Assembly (NCBI GenBank): GCA_016188265.1
Contig: JACPID010000016.1
Coordinates: forward strand, 1 to 51,683
DNA from: Candidatus Woesearchaeota archaeon
Lineage (GTDB): Archaea; Nanobdellota; Nanobdellia; Woesearchaeales; ARS49
DNA: 51,683 bases
Direction of reading: 5' to 3'
The stretch's first letter is position 1. Each line of letters starts with the position of its first letter. The position numbers were made by a program, and so were the translations under genes. Below are positions 47,047 through 51,683 of the stretch, in pieces. The notes under the pieces are model-generated. The model saw only the letters and a program-made list of their open reading frames with translations, was not told where the DNA came from and made no database searches.

Positions 47047-47130
47047 TCACTGAAGAGTGATGAGCGTACCGAAACATTTATATACTAGTAGTATCTACTA
47101 TGTAGTAGTGTTAAATGGAGGTGTTGTCAA

Positions 47131-47397
47131 ATGGGGAAAACCTATCTTAAAAAAGACATTAATAATGTATTATTGTTTTTAGTTATGTTAACCTGTACAG
47201 CACTTGTAGGGTTAACTGTTGTATTTGCAAATCAATTTGATGGTGTAAATACAGATTATGCTGAAACAAAAGTACAATTAGAAGCAGCAAGCCAAGAACT
47301 TGCTTTTAAATCTGAAAAATTAGGCAATATGGAGCAGGTGCTTCAACAGCATATTGAAAGAGAAAAAGCCCTTGAAGAATTGCTTATTAAGGGATAA
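47131..47397 (+). CDS. Small membrane-anchored coiled-coil protein
   Basis: GGAGGTG SD and upstream TTTATATA; TM helix then heptad repeats. Confidence 0.75.
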   Translation: MGKTYLKKDINNVLLFLVMLTCTALVGLTVVFANQFDGVNTDYAETKVQLEAASQELAFKSEKLGNMEQVLQQHIEREKALEELLIKG

Positions 47398-47431
47398 ATT
47401 TTTATTCTTTTTTCTTTTATTATGTTTATTA

Positions 47432-48085
47432 ATGGCTAAAAACCAGTTTGGATCAATAAAACATTCAAAAGAAGGATTTGACTTGCTTAAACCAGGAGAA
47501 TATTACAAATTTGAAAGATTTGGCGGAAAACATTTATATGGCAAGTTTTCTCATATAAGTGAAGAAGGTTCTTTTCTACATTTTGATGAAGCTATTGATT
47601 TTGAATTTTCAGAAAAAGGGTTTTACCAAGCAATTAAAAAAGGCAATTGTTTTTTTAGAGTAGAAACTATCTCAGGAATTGTTGCTTCATCAAAAAATGA
47701 ATTTAAGCATGCAATTAAAAAAGGATTATTCTTACAAGAATACCTTGGAAAATACATAATTATAGAATATGATGATTCAACAATTTATTATGGCAAATTA
47801 GCTGAACTCAGAAAAACAACATGTCTGCTATGTCCTTTTCTTGATAAAAAAATAAATAATGGATTCTGGGAGCCTTATATTGAAAGAAAAATAACTATAG
47901 AAATTTCTTTTAATGGAGTGCATTTAATACAAAGATTAAGAAGGCAAGAAAAAGGGCTTGAAGATATGCTTGCAGAAGCGTTAAAGGATTTTAAAGAGAA
48001 AAAAAGAAATTTTCTGAGAGAACAAGAACTGTCTATTTCGCGGCAATCAGAAGGTTTAGACATGCAGAGTAATGATCGCTTATAG
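47432..48085 (+). CDS. Hypothetical protein with two similar beta-rich (Sm/SH3-like) repeats
   Basis: GEYYKFERFGGKHLYGKFSHI versus GKYIIIEYDDSTIYYGKLAEL; start set to MAKNQ. Confidence 0.6.
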   Translation: MAKNQFGSIKHSKEGFDLLKPGEYYKFERFGGKHLYGKFSHISEEGSFLHFDEAIDFEFSEKGFYQAIKKGNCFFRVETISGIVASSKNEFKHAIKKGLFLQEYLGKYIIIEYDDSTIYYGKLAELRKTTCLLCPFLDKKINNGFWEPYIERKITIEISFNGVHLIQRLRRQEKGLEDMLAEALKDFKEKKRNFLREQELSISRQSEGLDMQSNDRL

Positions 48086-48090
48086 TAAAC

Positions 48091-48939
48091 ATGGAAAAAA
48101 CAATTGATTTACACACGCACACTGTTTATTCAGATGGTATTTTCACAACAGAAGAATTAGTAAAAGCAGTTGCAGCAGCAGGAACAAAAATAATGTCAAA
48201 AACAGATCATGATACAACAGAAGGAATTAGTGAAGCAATAGATGAAGGAAAAAAATATGGACTTATTGTTGTTCCAGGTGTAGAATTAACAGTTCAAAAA
48301 TATCATGTATTGGCTTTAGGAATTGACAGAAGCAATAAAGACTTTCAGAATTTACTTGCAGAAAACAGAAATATCAGAGTAGAAAGAAATAAAGAATCTG
48401 TAAGAAAATTAAATGAGCTTGGTTATGAATTAAGTTTAGATAATGTTTTAAAGTATACAAAATGTACTGCTAATAAATTGTCTACAGCACATGCATTAGT
48501 GATGAACACAGCAAACCACAGGTTGCTTAACGAAAAATTTGGAAGAATAAATGAAATTGATATACTTAAGGAATATCTTCGCGAAGGAAAACCAGCGCAT
48601 GTTTCAAGACATTGTTTTCCAGCAATACATCCTCGCAGAGGAATAGAAGCAATTCTTTCAGCAGGAGGATTGCCAATAATAGCACACCCGACAAAAGATA
48701 TAGCTGATGTTGAAGAATTAGAAGTATTGCGTTCTTACGGCTTAAAAGGAGTGGAAGTTCAGCCAAATTTTTTAGATGGTGCAAAATATGAATGGTTTGC
48801 ACGAAAATATAATTTATTAATAACATATGGAAGCGATTTTCATGACCCTAGAAAAAAAAGGCCATTATTAGGTTTAAGAGCTAAAGGAAGTGAAATATTA
48901 ATAGAAGAATTGACGAAAAGAATTAAATATGATAATTAA
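48091..48939 (+). CDS. PHP-domain phosphoesterase
   Basis: IDLHTHTVYSDG, TDHDT, PGVEL, HVLALG, IAHP, GSDFH. Confidence 0.92.
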   Translation: MEKTIDLHTHTVYSDGIFTTEELVKAVAAAGTKIMSKTDHDTTEGISEAIDEGKKYGLIVVPGVELTVQKYHVLALGIDRSNKDFQNLLAENRNIRVERNKESVRKLNELGYELSLDNVLKYTKCTANKLSTAHALVMNTANHRLLNEKFGRINEIDILKEYLREGKPAHVSRHCFPAIHPRRGIEAILSAGGLPIIAHPTKDIADVEELEVLRSYGLKGVEVQPNFLDGAKYEWFARKYNLLITYGSDFHDPRKKRPLLGLRAKGSEILIEELTKRIKYDN

Positions 48940-49883
48940 TTCTCTAAAACAATGATCTTTCTTGTCAAAGTATGATGAGTATAAACTGAAAACTCTTGTT
49001 TTAGTTTAAGTCCTGATTGTTTTATTATTGTTTTATAATCAATATAGTGTGGAAATATAACAACAGCGCGATGTGAAAGATTTTTTTTTAGATTTTTAAT
49101 AAATGCTGAATAAAGAGTTTTTTTATTTATTTTTTTTGTTCCTCTGCCATAAGGAAGATCTGTTGCTAAGTATTTTATCTTTCTTTGAATTTTAGTGGCA
49201 TCTTTTTTTCTTAGTTTATAATTTTTAATTTTATAATGTTTCAGATTAATGGCTGCTTTTTTAAGCATTTCAGGATCAATGTCATAGCCTAAAACAGAAA
49301 AACCCATTAATCCTGCTTCTACAAGAATACCTCCAACACCGCAAAAAGGATCTACAAAACTGCCTTTTTGAATGCCCGTAAGATTAATTATTGCTCTTGC
49401 AAGTTTAGGGCTCATGCTTGAAGGATGGTGAGCTGGTTTAAGATGTGGTTTTCTGCTTAAAAATGGTTCTGTTATTTTAGAAATAAGTTTACCGCAAACA
49501 ACTAAATCTTCAATAAAGAAAAGTTCAAAGCTTGTTGTTGGATCTTTTAAGTTTACTTTCGGATTTTTAATTGAACTCCAAATGTACTTTGCAAGCTGTT
49601 TTTCAGTAAATTCTTTTGAGTGGTGAAGTCTTAATGCAAAATCTTTTTTATAATATTTCTGCCAGTAAAATGATTGCAATTTAGTTATTAATTGATCTTT
49701 TTTACAAGTTAACAAGTGTAAATAAATAGCTCTTGTATAAGCAAGTTTTTTGTCAAGATTTTTTTTATTTGTAGAAACAAAAAATAATTCGTCGATTAAT
49801 TGTCCTTTTTTATTTGTAAGTGTTTCAATTTCTGCTTGTGCAAGAGAAATATTTTCTTTTGATAAATAAAAAAAAAGGTTCAT
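48936..49883 (-). CDS. tRNA (guanine-N2)-methyltransferase, Trm11/TrmG10-like (THUMP + MTase)
   Basis: VNLKDP, HPSSMSPKLARAIINL, DPFCGVGGILVEAG, TDLPYG, HHTLTRKI. Confidence 0.88.
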   Translation of the reverse strand: MNLFFYLSKENISLAQAEIETLTNKKGQLIDELFFVSTNKKNLDKKLAYTRAIYLHLLTCKKDQLITKLQSFYWQKYYKKDFALRLHHSKEFTEKQLAKYIWSSIKNPKVNLKDPTTSFELFFIEDLVVCGKLISKITEPFLSRKPHLKPAHHPSSMSPKLARAIINLTGIQKGSFVDPFCGVGGILVEAGLMGFSVLGYDIDPEMLKKAAINLKHYKIKNYKLRKKDATKIQRKIKYLATDLPYGRGTKKINKKTLYSAFIKNLKKNLSHRAVVIFPHYIDYKTIIKQSGLKLKQEFSVYTHHTLTRKIIVLEN

Positions 49884-50395
49884 TTGCCAAATTTTTTGTA
49901 ACTAAACCAAATCAGAAGAGCTAATAACACTCCAAATAAAGCAAATTGAACATATTTTGACAACAAACTCCAAGCTCTAATAACTCCAATTACGAACACT
50001 ACAATTCCGCCGCTCATAATTCCATAAGCAACACTTGGAACTTTAAGAAATACTCCTGAAATAAGAGAAAGTACTCCTATTATTGAAGTAATTATTAAGA
50101 TTATTCTTTGATTTTGTTGGTTGGCTTTTTCAAATAATTTTCTACATGTATAATCTGCATCGCAATATCCTAGAGGAGCATCAATTGGTTTAGGATAATT
50201 AGGGCTCCATGCACCCCCTTTTTGTTCACATTCTTCTTTTGATAAAAATTCTTTGAATGGTTTTTCTTCGCAAAAATCGTGATAATCTGGAGAAGGAACA
50301 AAAACTTCTAGGCCGTACATAACAAATGTTACAAAAACAACAAGTATGCCAACACAAAGAATAATTTGAGCAATTTTACTCTGATTTTTTGCCAT
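49880..50395 (-). CDS. Hypothetical membrane protein with Cys-containing external loop
   Basis: Four TM segments; C...C..KGG.W...GYCD...C. Confidence 0.75.
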   Translation of the reverse strand: MAKNQSKIAQIILCVGILVVFVTFVMYGLEVFVPSPDYHDFCEEKPFKEFLSKEECEQKGGAWSPNYPKPIDAPLGYCDADYTCRKLFEKANQQNQRIILIITSIIGVLSLISGVFLKVPSVAYGIMSGGIVVFVIGVIRAWSLLSKYVQFALFGVLLALLIWFSYKKFGK

Positions 50396-50448
50396 TTATT
50401 TTCTATATTATGAAAAAATATATAAATATTGTTATTATTAAAACAATA

Positions 50449-50769
50449 ATGGCAAAGCGCGGTAGGCCGGTTCATTCAGATATTAGGCAAAACATAGTAG
50501 AAATACTTGCAGTGTTAGGAAATGCTTATGGTTATCAAATACACAAAATATACAATGAAATATTTGCACCATGCACAAGAGAAAATATATATTACAACCT
50601 TAAAAAAGGCGTTCTTTTAGGAGAAATAGAAGTAGAGAGCGTAAAACAAGAAGAAGGATATTATTCTTGGGGAGCAATAGTGCAAAAAATTTATTATAAG
50701 CCAGGTCCAAAAGCCAAACCAAAAGGACATCCTGCAGTTAAAGATTACTTTAAGAGAAAAAATGATTAA
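50449..50769 (+). CDS. Winged-helix-like hypothetical protein
   Basis: MAKRGRP..SDIRQNIVEIL....AYGYQIHKIY...IYYNLKKG...KIYY. Confidence 0.7.
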   Translation: MAKRGRPVHSDIRQNIVEILAVLGNAYGYQIHKIYNEIFAPCTRENIYYNLKKGVLLGEIEVESVKQEEGYYSWGAIVQKIYYKPGPKAKPKGHPAVKDYFKRKND

Positions 50770-51196
50770 AATTCTTGCTGCTGGAAAATTAAAAGAAAAA
50801 TTTAGTCAAGAATGGGCTAAAGAGTATCTTAAACGATTAAAAAAATATGACCGTGTTGAAATACTTGAATTTAAAGAATCTAATAGTAAAAAGGAAGCTG
50901 AACAATTTCTCAGACTAATCAAAAATAAAGATTGTGTTGTAGCGCTGGAACGTGTTGGAGAATCTATGAAAAGCGAGGATTTCGTACCATTTATTCAACA
51001 AACATTAAGAAATAAAAATTTATGCTTCTTAATAGGTGGTCCAGAAGGGTTAGCACCAGAAATATTAACAAAAGCAGATTTACACTTAAGCCTATCAGCA
51101 ATGACTTTTACACACCAAATGACTAGAGTTATTCTACTGGAACAAATATATAGAGCATTCACAATACTGAATAAAGAACCATATCATAGATATTGA
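50762..51196 (+). CDS. rlmH: 23S rRNA (pseudouridine1915-N3)-methyltransferase
   Basis: GKLKE, EYLKRL, FLIGGPEGL, LSLSAMTFTHQMTRVILLEQIYRA, PYHR. Confidence 0.94.
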   Translation: MIKILAAGKLKEKFSQEWAKEYLKRLKKYDRVEILEFKESNSKKEAEQFLRLIKNKDCVVALERVGESMKSEDFVPFIQQTLRNKNLCFLIGGPEGLAPEILTKADLHLSLSAMTFTHQMTRVILLEQIYRAFTILNKEPYHRY

Positions 51197-51199
51197 AGT

Positions 51200-51364
51200 G
51201 TCGAAAACTGTCATGACGCACACTATTAACTTTAGTCTGTAGAAATGAAGAGCAGTTTTTGATCATGATCAAACACTAGAAAACTTTCAGTTTTCTGTGC
51301 ACAGAAAATGCATTGCATTTTCTTGTGAACTACATGCTACCTACTTTAGTAAGTAGTTTTTGAC
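51200..51364 (+). repeat. Structured repeat family, copy C, with the double-hairpin module inserted (about 51273-51326)
   Basis: GTCGAAAACTG...CAGTTTTTGATCATGATCAA-[insert]-GAACTACATGCTACCTACTTTAGTAAGTAGTTTTTGAC. Confidence 0.85.
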
Positions 51365-51416
51365 GAGACACCACAAGCCTTATAAATCCTGAAAAGAAAA
51401 TATCTTAATATACACC

Positions 51417-51683
51417 ATGCTGAAAAAGAGGAAAAAAGTAGTTCGCAATAGTTTTGAACAATTTGGAACTCAGAAATATTTTTTTATTCTGTTACTTTTA
51501 GGTTTTGCTTATCTTAGTTATTTAGTTGTTAAGCCTTTTGTCACTGCTCTTCTTAGCGGTGCACTGTTAGCATTTATTAGTTATCCAATTTATAAGTATA
51601 CAAAGAAATTTATTAAAAATGACGGATTGCGTGCGAGCTTGCTTACTCTTGTTATTTTTTTAGTGCTGACTTTGCCGTTAATT
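51417..51683 (+). CDS. AI-2E family transporter (5' part; runs off the window)
   Basis: MLKKRKK...YFFILLLLGFAYLSYLVVKPFVTALLSGALLAFISYPIYK...ASLLTL. Confidence 0.8.
   Translation, partial: MLKKRKKVVRNSFEQFGTQKYFFILLLLGFAYLSYLVVKPFVTALLSGALLAFISYPIYKYTKKFIKNDGLRASLLTLVIFLVLTLPLI

Noticed and set aside
46700..47070. SRP RNA, RNase P RNA or rRNA
   Set aside because: No SRP helix-8 or RNase P GAGGAAAGUCC-type motif and no long terminal helix recognised; no rRNA-like sequence anywhere in the window.

Overview
AT-rich chromosomal segment from an archaeon, most likely a DPANN (Woesearchaeota-like) lineage. The assignment is inferred from eS1/S3Ae, the uL1-uL10(P0)-P1 operon, archaeal LeuRS, Bud32, an AglB/STT3 homolog, archaeal SepF, TATA-type promoters, tRNA introns with bulge-helix-bulge (BHB) motifs and a KKAQ class-III signal peptide. 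Bacterial-type genes are mixed in (lgt, gpmI, RsuA/RluB-family pseudouridine synthase, rlmH). There are four tRNA genes: Lys-CTT and Pro-CGG with one intron each, Leu-TAA without an intron, and initiator Met with three introns. The window also holds two toxin-antitoxin pairs next to tRNAs, a mobile-element graveyard at about 18.9-22.8 kb around an intact Fic gene, a triplet of metzincin-like proteases and several small pseudogene remnants. The most notable unexplained structures are: (1) a dispersed ~110-bp structured repeat family with compensatory base changes and a nested double-hairpin module, two copies of which bracket a GT2-like gene as inverted repeats; (2) a Fic gene bracketed by two TTGTCCAC-N24-GTGGACAA sites of identical geometry; (3) a bacterial-type Lgt with lipobox substrates in an archaeon; (4) the triple-intron tRNA-iMet; (5) an apparently split CBS + HPF ribosome-hibernation factor. 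All calls come from reading motifs by eye; no database searches were run.
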